DNA from: Hemiscyllium ocellatum
Lineage: Eukaryota
Direction: 5' to 3'
Assembly (NCBI RefSeq): GCF_020745735.1
Contig: NC_083435.1
Span: forward strand, 36,543,090 to 36,607,089
DNA length: 64,000 nucleotides
Position numbers and translations under genes: made by a program. The notes under the pieces are model-generated. The model was not told the origin of the DNA and made no database searches. It worked only from the letters and a program-made list of their open reading frames with translations. Below, piece by piece: positions 49,647 to 62,600 of this stretch. The first letter of the stretch is position 1. Each line of letters opens with the position of its first letter.

Positions 49647-49783
49647 NNNNNNNNNNNNNNNNNNNNNNNNNNNNNNNNNNNNNNNNNNNNNNNNNNNNNN
49701 NNNNNNNNNNNNNNNNNNNNNNNNNNNNNNNNNNNNNNNNNNNNNNNNNNNNNNNNNNNNNNNNNNNNNNNNNNNNNNNNNNN
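49647..49783. other. Assembly gap (137 N)
   Basis: Run of N; removes the last codons and donor of the alpha3 exon. Confidence 1.
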
Positions 49784-51690
49784 CAGGGTTCCCCAGCAGA
49801 AAATGAAGTGCTGTCCTTCCAGCTTGTGCTGAGCTTCCCTGGTGCACTGCAGCAAGCCTGAGACAGAGATGTTGCCCAGGGAACAGGGTGCTGTGTTGTA
49901 GTGATAGGAACTGAAATCTCCAGGTCGTTTTTGTGACGCGAGCATGGGGTTGTGTGGAGTAGTCACCCAGTGTCCGCTTTGTTTCCCCAATGTAGAGGGG
50001 ACCACAGTCTCAGCAGTGAATACAGTCACCGGGATTGAGTGGAATGCTTCACCTGGAAGGTGTGTTTTGATTCTGGGATACAGAGGACAGTGGAAGTAAA
50101 TGGGTAGGTGACACACCTTCTGCCATTGCAGGGAAAAGTGCTGTGTTGCTGTGGGGGGAGGGGGATGTGGAGGTCAGTGGGGGGATTGGGGAGGGGGTTG
50201 GGAGTGAAGAAGGAATGGACTAGGGTTTCTGAGAGGGATTGGCCCCTCTAGAAGGTAGGGAAGGGTCAGGCAGTGGGATGTGGGTTTGGTGCTGGCATCC
50301 TGCTGGAGGTGGAAATGGCAGCTAATGATCCTCTGGATGTAGATGGTGGTGGGACGGTGGGTGAAGACAAGGGGACCCTATCACTGTTGTGGGAAGAGGG
50401 GGGGGGGGTGAGGGCCGAAGTGTGGGAGATGGGTCAGACCCGGCCAACTGTCCTGTCAACCATGGTGTTGGGAATTCCTCGGCTGAGGAAGAAGATGGAC
50501 ATTTCTGAGGCCATCTTGTCGAAGTTGGCATCATTCAAACAGATGCAGTGGAGACAAAGTCACTCAGAGAACAGGACAGTCTTTACAGGAAGCAGGATGT
50601 GAGGGTGTCCAGTCAAGGGACCTGTGGGACTCGGTGGGTTTGCAGTGGGTATTGTCACCAGGCTCTCCCAGAAATGGAAACAGGTGTTAAGGAAGGGAAG
50701 GGAGGAGTCAGAGATGGACCAAGTGAGGGGGAGAGCAGGGTGGAAACTGAAAGGGAAATTGATAAACTTGATAAACCAATTCTGGACAAGGGAGGGAAGC
50801 AGCATTGGTGATATCATTGACATACCGGAGAAACAGTTGTGATGGAGGCCAGAATAAGGGTGGAACAAGGAATGTCCCAAGAGGCAGGCATGTGGATATG
50901 TCTGGTACACATACCTTTGACCTGAAGAAAGAGTTGAGGGAAGTTTTAAGGACAGGCTTGGCCAGGAGGAGGGTGGTGATGGATGGAGATGGTTCCGACC
51001 ATTTTACCAGGAAGACTAGGAGAGCCCAGAGACCATCCTGATTGGGGGGTGGACGTGTACAAGGGGACGATACATCCAAGGTGAAGGGGAGGTGGCCACA
51101 GCCCATGAACTGGAAATTCTGAAACTGACATAAAGCAGAGGAATGGCGGGTGTAAGGGGGAAGGGACTGGACAAGGGCAGATCACAAAACAAAGTTGAGG
51201 AAGGATAAGATGGTTCCTGTGCAGCTGAAGCAGTGAGTCTGCCCAATCTGCCCAGTGTGGGGATTTTGGGAAGGAGGTAGAAGTGAGATGTGTGGAGTTA
51301 GGAGACTATGAGCTTGGATACACAGAGGGTGAGATTCTTGGATGAGATGAGGTTGGTGAACATTGTGGACACAATGCACTGTTGTACCAATGGTAGGGTC
51401 ATGGGTCAGGGGGAGATAGGAGGAGGGACCAGAGAGCTGGTGCTCATCCTGTGCAATGCAGAGATCAGTACACCAGGCAACAACCACAGGGCTGAGCCAG
51501 CATGAGGCGCTGCTGTTGGACAGAGGTTGGGAATATGCATCTGGCGATGTATGACACTGAGTGTGGATCTCAGGAAATGATGAGAACAGCTGTCAGGGGA
51601 CCGTTGAACAGCACAGAGATACCTGTGATGCTGGATGGATTCAACACAAAGGATGGAACTGGAGTTGGAATCCACGTGGGGGGAGTCTGA
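49784..51690 (-). mobile_element. Decayed Penelope-like element (RT and GIY-YIG)
   Basis: FLRYVNDI (YIDD-like, about 50810) and LYIGETKR...NISVSGLLQCTREAQHKLEGQHFIFCWGTL (49784-50000). Confidence 0.8.
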
Positions 51691-52422
51691 GCCAGAGGCT
51701 GTCTCTGAGAAATATGATGTGATTGTGGATAGGGGTTTTCACAAATACCTTGTCAAACACCAGGAGTGACAGCAAAATGAATGGTGATGAAAGATTGGAA
51801 TGGAAATCCTGTCAGAGAGAGGAGCAGCACTTCTTCAAATTGGCTATGTACAATAGCAGCTGATGTGATAACAAGGCCTGGTATGTGGGGGTGGGGAAAA
51901 GTGACATTTACCTTGGATCCATTTATGTATCTGTGACATTTTCACTCTCTCAGATCCCTGTTTCACCCTCCCAGACACTTAAAACCTCTCAAAATAATTC
52001 CCTCCCCACTCTGAAGTGATTGCCTCGTGTCTGTCCATACCTGAACTTGTAGGTTTCCTGGGCTCCACTGCAGGACATTCCCGGAGCCTCATTGCGGGAT
52101 AACAGGATTCTCCTGTTCCAGTGTGAACATGGACATCATTGTCCATCCTTCTATATCACAGCAAACACAGAATTACAGCTCATTGTGCACACCCAGTTCT
52201 TTCAGAATTGAGATAAAGTTTTTTTTTCCTGGGAATGTGTTTCCACAGATTGATCAGTGGAGCCTGGATCCATGGGTTTGGGAAGTGATTCTTCAAGTGA
52301 GACCTACATCAGTCATTCTTCTGTCCCATCTCAGAAATGTGAGCAGTGTCACCGTCAGAGGGATCTTCACAGATAGTTTCTCCCTCACACTTTCTCATCT
52401 TCACTGTCTTCAGTTAGCCGAT

Positions 52423-52737
52423 GGGGAGGTGATGGCACGGTATTGTCACTGCACAGTTAGTCCAGAGACCCAGCTAATGTCCCAGGGACCCAAGTTCAAA
52501 TCCTGCTATGCCAGGTAGTGGAATTTGGATTCAATAAAAATCAGGAATTAAGAGTCTGCTGATGACTATGAATTCATTGTGTATTGTTGGGAAAAACCCA
52601 TCTGACTAATGTCCCTGAGAGAAGGAAAGTGCAATCCTGGTCTGCATGTGACTCCAGTCCCACAGCAATGTGATTGACTTTAACTTCCTTCTGGGCAGTT
52701 CGATAAATGGTGGCTTCATCCCCTGAATGAATTAAGA
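52423..52737 (+). mobile_element. tRNA-derived SINE (SacSINE1-like)
   Basis: ggggaggtgatggc...gttcaaatcc head; homologous to 20588-20900. Confidence 0.75.
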
Positions 52738-53379
52738 AAGGTTATTTGACTTTAGGTATGATCATTTTTAAATGCCTGAAATGAAGCAATCTCCTGAGGC
52801 TACTCAGAGGTGTATTTTATATTGGAAGAAACCCCTCTATTTATGTAGAAAAATTGGGATTCTTTTGTGAATATCTGAATAAATGTTATAGCTGTCTTTA
52901 TATTGAGAAAATACTAGTTATATTAGTATTCTGTTTTATTTTAATCTGTTTTGATTTAAAAGTGATCATACCTAAATTCAAACAACCTTTATTTTATCAT
53001 GTTAATGTATTTAAGGTAACAAAATCTGTAACTATTTATCAATGTTTAACTAAAATACAGATAATTGTGGTTTCTAAATCAATAAAAAAATTGTCAGTGG
53101 TTGATTTATTTGAATTAAGCAACGATTTGTCAGGAAAGGTTTAATTCATTCCCTCAGCAGCTTGTGGCTCTTGGAATCAGCAGATGTTGAGCTTCAATTC
53201 AATGTGAACTGGGGGAGTTATGACCATCCAACTCCCCAACAAGCCTTCCCCAAACTAACCAGGAAGCTCAAAGTTTATTTAATGTGTGTTCTGAACTCGA
53301 TAGTTGATCATGTCTCTAAGTATTCATTCCCCAAGGTGGCATGTCCTTTCTGAAAGATCTGACTGTGTGAAGAGACAAT

Positions 53380-54045
53380 TAAACAGCTATTGGGAATCAG
53401 CAATACTTCACAGGAACAAAAATACAAATTGTTTCAGAAACTCAACAGTGTCTGTGGAGAGAAAGAAAAATTAATGCTTTGGGTCCACCCAGTGATTTCA
53501 GTGCTGATGGTAGCTAGGAAAGGAAAATGTTCACACTGATATCCAGGTTGGAGGTCTGAGGGGTGTAAAGGAGTAAGCGACAGGTGGAGATGGAGCCAGA
53601 GAGAGAGAAACACAGTTAGGCAGACAAATGATGGATAATTCTAAATCAGGCAAGGAGAGAAACTGAAAATGGAGACCACAACTGGGTGAAAAATGATTTG
53701 GCTGTGCTGAAAGCAGCCCATGTTATGACAGGGCTTGGGGTGTGGGGATGTGGGGAAGGACATGGAAAAAGGTGCTGACGCCCAAAAGATATTGAGTCCT
53801 GAAGGCTGCAGAGCCCCCAAGTGCAAAATGAAATGGTGTTCTTCCATGTTGCGTTTAGTCCCACTGGAGTACTTCAGTGAGCCCAGGACAGAAATATTAG
53901 CCAGGGAACATGGTGGGGTATTGAAGGGGCAGGCAGCTGGAACATCAGGGTCACTTTTGCAGGCAGAATGTAGGTGTTCTGTAATGTGGCCGGCCAATCT
54001 GCATGTTACTTCCTCAATGTGGAGGAAGTCACATTGTGAGCAACT
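53380..54045 (-). mobile_element. PLE 3' fragment
   Basis: ORF 53641-53997: EHLHS...PAACPFN...NISVLGSL...KRNMEEHHFILHLGALQP. Confidence 0.75.
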
Positions 54046-54614
54046 TCACTGATTGGTGATCCAGCAGGTATTGGAGGGAGGAAAGGGCAGGCTCACCAGC
54101 TGAATGTTTCACCCAAGGCTGAGCACACAAGCTTCTGGGCTGGGACAGATGGAGAGGAACCTTCATTGTCAATGTTTCCTTCTGACAGGTGCTGCCTTTG
54201 GACACACCGCCTGGAGGGGTTGGGGTGGGGGCAATGTCAGCAGCCGAGGGGGGGTGAAAGAGGACCTGGAGAAGGCACTGAGCCCTGGGACACAGAGGGA
54301 AGTGAGACAGTAACTGAGTTGGAGGGGGAAGGGGAGTGATATCCAGATGAACAGGAGGGGGAGCACCCTGGGCTGGGAGGGCAGGTGAAGTGACACTATT
54401 ACTCCTGATTTTGTTCCCTCTCAGAGTCCCCCAGCTATTCTCGAGCTGCACTGGCAGTGCAATGGAAGACCAGTAATTTTGAGACAGGTTAAAGAGTGTT
54501 TTTCACTGAGCTGATAGCTCTCCAAAAGCAGTTGATGTTTGTATCAATGACACTGTCCTCCCTCGAACTACATCCCCAGCTCCTTTAGGTAAGCTGACCT
54601 GATGATGAAGGGAC

Positions 54615-55505
54615 ATAGGATCAGTTGGCCTCATTCACAAAGAGCACAGTCTCACTCTTGCCTCAAATTTACCTTACCTCCTGAGAGCAGTCTAACCAGG
54701 TGCTCAGTCAATGCACCAGCAGCAAATCTGAGCACAGGATGGTTCCATCCTCCATGTACAGGGAAGCTTTGAACTGAGTGCCTCCATTTCCTGGGATAGT
54801 CACTCTTCCTGATGGACTTGGCAAAAAGGTTTGACAACACTTGATCAGAATCGACCAGCCAATCTTTGTGTCCTCCACAAAATACTTATCATTCCCACTT
54901 GCCACATTCTCATCAGCATCACTTATAAATAGCACAAATAAAAAGGGACCCAGCATGTGGTACACAATTCACACCAGACTCCAATCTCACAGACAGCTTA
55001 ATACCATCACCTCAGTCTCTTGTCACCAAACCAACTTTAAATCCAATTTCCCAAAGTACCCTGGAAACCAAGACATTTGTATCAGTTTCCTGTGTGGGAC
55101 CTTGTCAAAGGCCTTGTTGAAATCTGTATAATTGACATCAAGTGCCTGACCCTTATCCAAACTGTGGGTGACCTTCTTGGAAAATTCAAAACAATTCATT
55201 AGGCATGACCTCCATTTGACAAAGCCATGCTGATAACCCTCATCAAACCTTACCTCCCTAAATGGAGATTAGTTTCTTCCTTGGCCCTTTTCTGCAGCAG
55301 TTTCCTTGCCACTGATGTTAGACTCACTTGTCTATAGTTCCATAGTCTATTCATACCACCCTACATTTGTACAGTGGAACCACATTAGCTGTCCTCCAGG
55401 TCTCTGGCCCCTCCCCTGTGGACAGAGATTATTTAAATATTTGAGTCAAGGCCCCTGTAATTGCCGCCCTTGCCTCCATGAGCAAATCTCACTCCATGAG
55501 GTATC
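54615..55505 (-). mobile_element. CR1-type LINE RT fragment
   Basis: LGPFLFVLFISD...YFVEDTKIG (ORF 54708-54965). Confidence 0.8.
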
Positions 55506-55509
55506 ACTT

Positions 55510-56365
55510 TATTCATGGGATTATTGTGCGACACTGTAAAAGAGGCTTTTGGAAATTCCTGTGCATCACAACAACAACACTGCCCACATTAACCCTCTCT
55601 GTCATCTCTCCAAAATCTCTAGTTATTACACATGGTTTCTTTTTTACAGGCATGATCTCTGCTCCCTCTGCACCATTCCCTCTCCCTATCCCAAGTCTAA
55701 GAAAGATTGAAACGATGGCCATTGCATCTAAAATTTCCACATTCACATCTCTCAGTCTCATTGAATGCATCTCACCCAGTTTTGGAGCCTTATCCATTTT
55801 AAGTGCAGACAGCCGACCAAAAAAGACCCAGTACAACCCATGGACAAAACCAACGTCATCTACAAAATTCCTTACAAGGACTGCCACAAACACTACGTAG
55901 GACAAACAGGAAGAAAGTTAGCCAACAGGATACATGAACATGAGCTAGCCACAAAAAGACACGACCCTCTCTCCCTCGTATCCCTACACACGGATGAAAA
56001 AAAACACCATTTCGACTGGGACAACACACCTATCCTGGGACAGGCGAAGCAAAGACATGCCAGAGAATTCCTGGAGGTCTGGCACTCCAACCACAACGCC
56101 ATAAACAACTGCATAGATCTAGGTGCCATCTATCAACCCCTCAGAAAAGGAACAGGAAATGACATCACCACAAACCCAGGAACCCCATCCAGGAGAAAGA
56201 TATAAATAGAAAACAGGAGACAACAGCTTCGCTTCACTTGGAGGTCACCACTGATGATGTTACCGAGCCAGGTAATAAAACTTCTGGGTATCAAACCTAC
56301 AGCTCAGCGAGCAAACCTACACCCTAAACCTCAACCTGAGCTACAAACCTTCACAAACCTTGCAA
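55510..56365 (+). mobile_element. PLE 3' fragment (GIY-YIG), same family as 19780-20235
   Basis: ORF 55765-56205: NVIYKIPYKDCHKHYVGQTGRKLANRIHEH...AREFLEVWHS; degenerate hammerhead core at about 56250-56285. Confidence 0.9.
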
Positions 56366-56399
56366 AAACCTACCATTAATTCATCAATTTTAACCCTTT

Positions 56400-58140
56400 C
56401 AAGTACCTGATGCAGTGCTTTCACCATGGCCTTGAGCAGCACCTTCTTCGGTAAAGACCAACACAACCCATTCATTTAGCCCCTCAGCCTTCCTCCATTC
56501 TTCACAAGTGTACATCCCCTCTGTGTTTCCAAATTGTTCTCCCTTCTGATTTTCTTATTTATATACCAAGAAGATTTATGGAATACATGCTTAGTTGGCT
56601 ACCTTTTTCATACTTCTGTTATGCTTCTCGCATTCACTTTGTTACCTTGTTCTGAAAGATTCAAAGCAGTTCTCAGTTGTATGTTGTATTTGCCACAATC
56701 ATAAATACACTTCCTTATTTATCAGTATTTTGACATCTTTTGCCAACCAGGAAGCTGTATTTCATTTTGCCCGACTTTTACTACTGAGAAAACACACTTG
56801 TTTGTGCCTGAAATGCCCCCTCTTCATTCAACTGTGATTTTCCTCCCAATCTTTGACTCCAGTTTGTCTTTATAGATACATTGCTACCCCCATTAAACTG
56901 GCATTCCCACAATTGTTCTTATTAACATCAGAATAGGAGTACACCAACTCGATCTGCTCAGTTGTTCAGTATGATCATGTCTGATTGAACAATGCAATAC
57001 ATTTTACTCACCTCATTCCCAAAACCATGTATGCCATTAGAAACCAAATTTATCAATCTGTGATCTGAACAAACTCAGGCTGGGCATCCTCCAAGTATGA
57101 TTCACAACTCTTCATAAAACAAACTCATCACATTGGACCTTAATCGCATCTGCCTTATTTTTCCCCACTTGTGTCATTCAGTTCTGGTTTCCCCATCAGG
57201 GCATACACACTACAGTACATCTATTAGCTCTCTTTTATCAAGTTTGGTTTTGCAAACCTCAAGCAAATTTGACAACACTTTGTGCTTTCCAAATACAAAT
57301 TCATTTTATCATAAATATATAGTAGAGAAAATGTTAGATTTCAAAGTCTAATCAGCTTCTGTTTCTCTGTTTTATTTCTCACTCTCTTCTAAAATAACCA
57401 TGTGATTTTGCTATCTTCCAGTCAAAAGGAATAGAAACTTAAGGTATTCATGAATGCTTCAAATATTTCAACATCCAACTCCTTCAATACTTTGAAATGA
57501 AGAATATCAAGCTTTGAGGTTTAATAATTTTCAGCCTCATTAATTTCTGCTGTACAATCTTATTACTAATATTACTTCCCTCTAACTCCATTCTCCTTGG
57601 TGACTTAGATTTCTACTTCTTGGAGACTGCTGGTATCTTCCTCAGTGAAGACAAACATAAGATATTCCTTTAGTTTCTCTTCTGTTTCTCTGTTCTCCAT
57701 TTTAAAGTCTCTTGACTCTCCTTTTAATGAACCCACCTTTGGGTTGGCCAAGCTTTCCCTTTTATATATGACAAAGGCTGAGTGAGTGCAGTGAATTGTA
57801 TTCTCCTGCTGCTTCACAGTATTTGCATCTTATTTGTTGTATTCTCCAAACCTTCCAATACTCAGAATTACTGTTATTTCTGACAATTTTATAGGCCTTT
57901 GTTTGTTTTTTCTCTGAGTTCTGAACTTCTTTTGACAGGCTGGTTGATGTATTTTCTTTCTTTATTGCACATTGACAGAATGCATACTGGCTGCAAGTTA
58001 TGTGATAGTCCTTTAATGACTGTCCATCGCTTATGTAGAGTCATGCCGTTTATTGTATTTTTCAACTTCACCAAAACTAATTTGGACCTCAGGTCTTCAT
58101 AATTTGCCTTATGTGAAAATTAACACCCTTGCTAGAATGC
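56400..58140 (-). mobile_element. Old CR1-type LINE fragment
   Basis: ENRETEEKLKEYLMFVFTEEDT (ORF 57605-57817). Confidence 0.65.
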
Positions 58141-59099
58141 TACCATGATTATAAAGATTATATAACATTCTGTCGTTTTAAGATCACTCATTCTTGAAGT
58201 TTTTTTTAAATAATAACAAGGTTATTAATTAACAATTTCTTCTTACAAAATACTAGATCTGAAATAAAACATCCTCTCATTGACCCTCCAGCATTGTGTT
58301 TGAGAAAACCACCCGACAAAGACTCCACAATCTCGTTCTTCAGAGCTTCGGCGTTCAACTGTGTTTTGTTTTCTCATTATATGTGCTGGTAGAAGTCACT
58401 CATGGCAACTTAGATGTCCATGTGACATAACGCTCTCATGTCCTGATGAAAATCATGCCACATCTCGCCAACCTCCCCCCCCCCGCCCTCCCCGCTATCT
58501 GGTGGCCTCGAAATGAATCTAACTAACGTCTTCTGCCCCCTGCTATCTTTCAGCAGCATCTGAACAGACTCCACACACCACTCCCGATCCGAGCTGTTCC
58601 CTTGGTAATTCATTGATGGCATCCCGTAATATTGTTGTAACACAACCACTCTTTACAACTCGTCATCTATTCCGAATCTTCGAATTTCCTTGGCTATTCA
58701 GTTCCCCGTTCTGCGAAACATGTGACCTTTATTTCTGTAATAGCAATTAGCTCATAGTGAGCTCTGTTCGAACGTTTCGCTTAATTGAAACTGAAAAATG
58801 TGTTGCTGGCTTATGTCCAAAACGTCGATTCTCCCTCCTTGGATGCTGCCTAACCTGCTGCGCTTTTCCAGCAACACATTTTTCAGCTCTGATTTCCAGC
58901 ATCTGCAGTCCTCACTTTCTCCGTTTTGCTTGATAGCCTTGCTGTGAATGTTCTATCCATTCGGGGGGAGTGCTATTAACTTTACCTTTTTGACACCATT
59001 TCACTTTCACACCATACTCGATGTTCAGCTCTCTGTCCTGCCTTCTCGACTGCCTTGCTTTTGTTCTGCTTATTGTTGTCAAAATTACTTCCCTCCAAT

Positions 59100-59560
59100 T
59101 AGATTTGTATCCCGCGATGAGCTGGTTTAAACCCACACTAACAACTCTCGGAAATCTCGCTGTGGGGATATCAGCTCCTGCACAGTTAAAGGTGTAATCC
59201 GCCCAGCAGGTGCTCGCGGAACATTTACACTTCATTGTTCTTTACACTACCGCTATTCAATTATAATTTGGTTCCAAATTTTATTAATTAAAAACCACCA
59301 TCTCCCTGCCCACGCTCCATATCCAACGAAGAGATGTTATATAGCAATGGCTGGTTTACCGACCCAGAAATCTCCGCGGTTGAGAACTTCCCCTATACAG
59401 GCCACAATAGGGAAGTACGCAGACGCAGTAACTCCCTCACTCTGGAGCATGCGCATTGTGACAGAGGGCTGGGTGATGCTGGCGGTGAGGATGTGGGAAC
59501 GAGAAGGGAACCTTGGAGCCGGAGGGTGGATGGGGAATGGTTCCAAACATTTATTAAAGG
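59100..59560. promoter_or_regulatory. Candidate CpG-enriched promoter
   Basis: Non-repetitive and visibly CpG-richer than its flanks; NRF1-like GCATGCGCA at 59447-59455; inverted pair acttcccctat/atagggaagt at about 59384-59415. Confidence 0.4.
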
Positions 59561-59635
59561 CTGCAAACCTCGATTAAAATCCTGCCTCCGACCGAAGGAA
59601 GGGCAGGAAAAAGGAGTAGACCCTGAATGGTCAAT

Positions 59636-59648
59636 NNNNNNNNNNNNN
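59636..59648. other. Assembly gap (13 N)
   Basis: Exactly 13 N. Confidence 1.
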
Positions 59649-62600
59649 TTCCAAATAACACAATGTTTCCTCCAGGACAAAGTAACCACTTGAGGGCACT
59701 GCATTAAATTCATTCGTTCACGTTGTCAGTAGTTGCCACTATCTATAGCATAAAATGAAACAGCACACCAAGTATCCTTCAAAAAATATCCTTCCCCACC
59801 ACAACCTGTACAATAGCAGCAGAAAATATGGGACATTGGATGTTACAGGCCAAACCAACGAAACTGTTGGTCTTAATTTACATGTTGGTCATTTTACTTT
59901 CCCACTTTGGATCCAGAAAGCTCGAACTGCAGCCCAAAAAATGACCTATCTTTGTGACCGTGGACTGCAACGTTCCAAAAATGTCCTTCAGATTGAACTT
60001 TGAAATTACAAGTCGCGATTGAGAGATGTTAATGTTTCATTAATGCCTGACAAACAGTGAGTAGATGCAAACAGTAAAATTGGGTCAGTTGTGTTGGGTG
60101 GCTCACTTCAGTTCATAAGCTCCACTCAGTAGAACTTATAATGACAGGTACAATCAGTAACAGTTGGGCACAGGGTAAATGTTTCAATGCTGGATTTTAG
60201 CGTTAGAAATGCTCAACGTACTCCAATACCTGTTTGAAGTTTTCTTAACATTATACGACGATCCATCAAAGATGATTGGTTCTAATCCAGGGAATTATTA
60301 AACTGAGATATGATAAAGCATCAACGATAACTCTAGACAGTTTCTTACAGAAAATGATATCAACATCTGTAAAACTGTTTTTCATTGTGATATATCATCA
60401 GCCACAGATCCAATCCAGATGTAGATAAAACGACACAATCCTTTGGTGAAAGGCACTTACCAGGGACACCAATGGCAGCAAGAGCCATATAGTATGTCTT
60501 CCTGATGCTGTTAAATGGTTCAAGCATTTTCGCTGTGAAGTGATTTGCTTATTCGTGCTGAAGAGATCTCTCGAGTACAACTCCGAGACAGTTTATTATC
60601 AGAACCTTTTCATTTATTCTCGACAGGATCTCCACTGGGACACTGATGTTACCACATTGTTCACACTTATTTTTAAAGGAGAGCATGCAAATGACGACAC
60701 CAAATTCTGAGAGAATATATTTTAGCTTTTTGAGACTGAATTGCAATACTTTAATCGCTGATACTTTGGACAATACTGAAGATATATATAGATGTTAAAA
60801 ATACATTTTATTCCCTAAAGAAAAGATCGTTAAATACACACAATAACCAGGTAACATAAGGCCCAATTTTGTTTTGTTTATGTTCTTATCACAATTACAA
60901 CCATTGAAAACATCGAATGCCACAATGTCTCTCTGATGTTTTCAGAATCAGGCTGCACATGACAGCAGTAAAATGTTTCTCTTTCCCTCTTATGTCTCTC
61001 TCTCTTTCTCTATCACTCACATTTCCCTTGCTCCATGGGGATCCATTCTCTCACCGTGTTCCCCAAAGGTTTGCATCGCCCCCAAATTGTGCTTCAGGCA
61101 GTTTTACATCCCAGGTTTTTACCCCCTAATTTTGTCCCACCCCCATCACAGTTGCCTGTCTGATGCTCCCTGAATGGCCTCCATTAATACACAATCCATG
61201 GGGACACCCAGTCCACAATGCGCTGCCCCTATCATATACTTTGGATTTTCATGCTGTCATAGTGACCTTGACAAACTCTCCCTTGTCTCCCTCTGCCCTG
61301 AGGTACACTTCCTGTTCAAACCCTCTTTCCCCTCTCTCTCTCTTCCTGTCCTACTTACACTCACACTCTGACCAACTCTCCACCCTTTCTCTGTCCCTTC
61401 CTAAATGAACCCAATCTCATCACATTCAGATAAAATATGATTCCAGTCTCATTAGATTCTCACTCAGTATCATACTCCACTCCTCATTAACAAAGATCCC
61501 AGTCTCGACAGAAACTGAGTGATTACTATCTAGTCAGATCCACACTCGGCGATTCCCTTCTAGTCAGATTGAGACAAAGAATGATTTCAGTCGAGCCGGG
61601 CTCACAGTCAGAATCATCCTGTGCTCATCAGATTGACTTTCAGAATATTTTTGGCCGAGTCAGATTTCCACTCAGAATGATGCTGGTCTAATCAGATTCA
61701 AATGCAGAATGCTCAGCGTGTATTCAGATTCACACTCACGAGGATTCACACTGTCTCGTGTATTCACATTCGGAATAATTTCTGAACTAGACAGATTCAG
61801 ACACAGATTGATTCTGGCCCACTCAGATTCACATTTAGGATGACTGCAGTTTTCCAATCAGAGTCAAATTCAGAATGATTCCAGTGGAGTCAGATTCATA
61901 CTCGGAATAATCCCGGTCAAGTTGTATTCTCCCTCACAAGGATGTTGGTCTCATCAGATTCCCACTCAGGATGGTTCTCTTCCAGCTGGAGTTACACTCA
62001 GCCTGATTCTGATCTGGTGATATTTACACTCACAATTAATGTGGTTGTTTTTAATTTCAAAAATAGACTTTATTCATAAAATATTTTGATGATCTGTACA
62101 ATTGGTCATGCCATATACATGTAGACATTCCATTTCTTTGCATACAGAGTAATCATTCATATATACGGTCTGTACATTTACTGTGCATATATTTAGCTGG
62201 GGGTGTCAGTGGAGCCCAAATGACTGCATGGGCCCCCTGTTTTTACGCAGGCAGATGTTAAACGGTGGTCTTTCCCCACCGCGCCTTGGCGGCAGCTGCC
62301 CCAAGCTTCAGCGCGTCCCTCAACACGTAGTCCTGGACCTTGGAATGTGTCAGTCTGCAACATTCAGTCGGGGTCAACTCCTTCAGCTGGAAGATCAACA
62401 GGTTCGGACCACCCAGAGAGCGTCCTTCACCGAGTTGATGATCCTCCAGGCACAGTTGATGCTCGTCTCGGTGTGCGTCCCGGGAACAGGCCGTAGAGCA
62501 CGGAGTCCCGCGTCACGACGCTGCTCGGACGAACCTCGACAAACACCACTGCATTCCTCTCCAGACTTCCTCTGCTTAGGCACATTCCAGAAGGAGGTGT

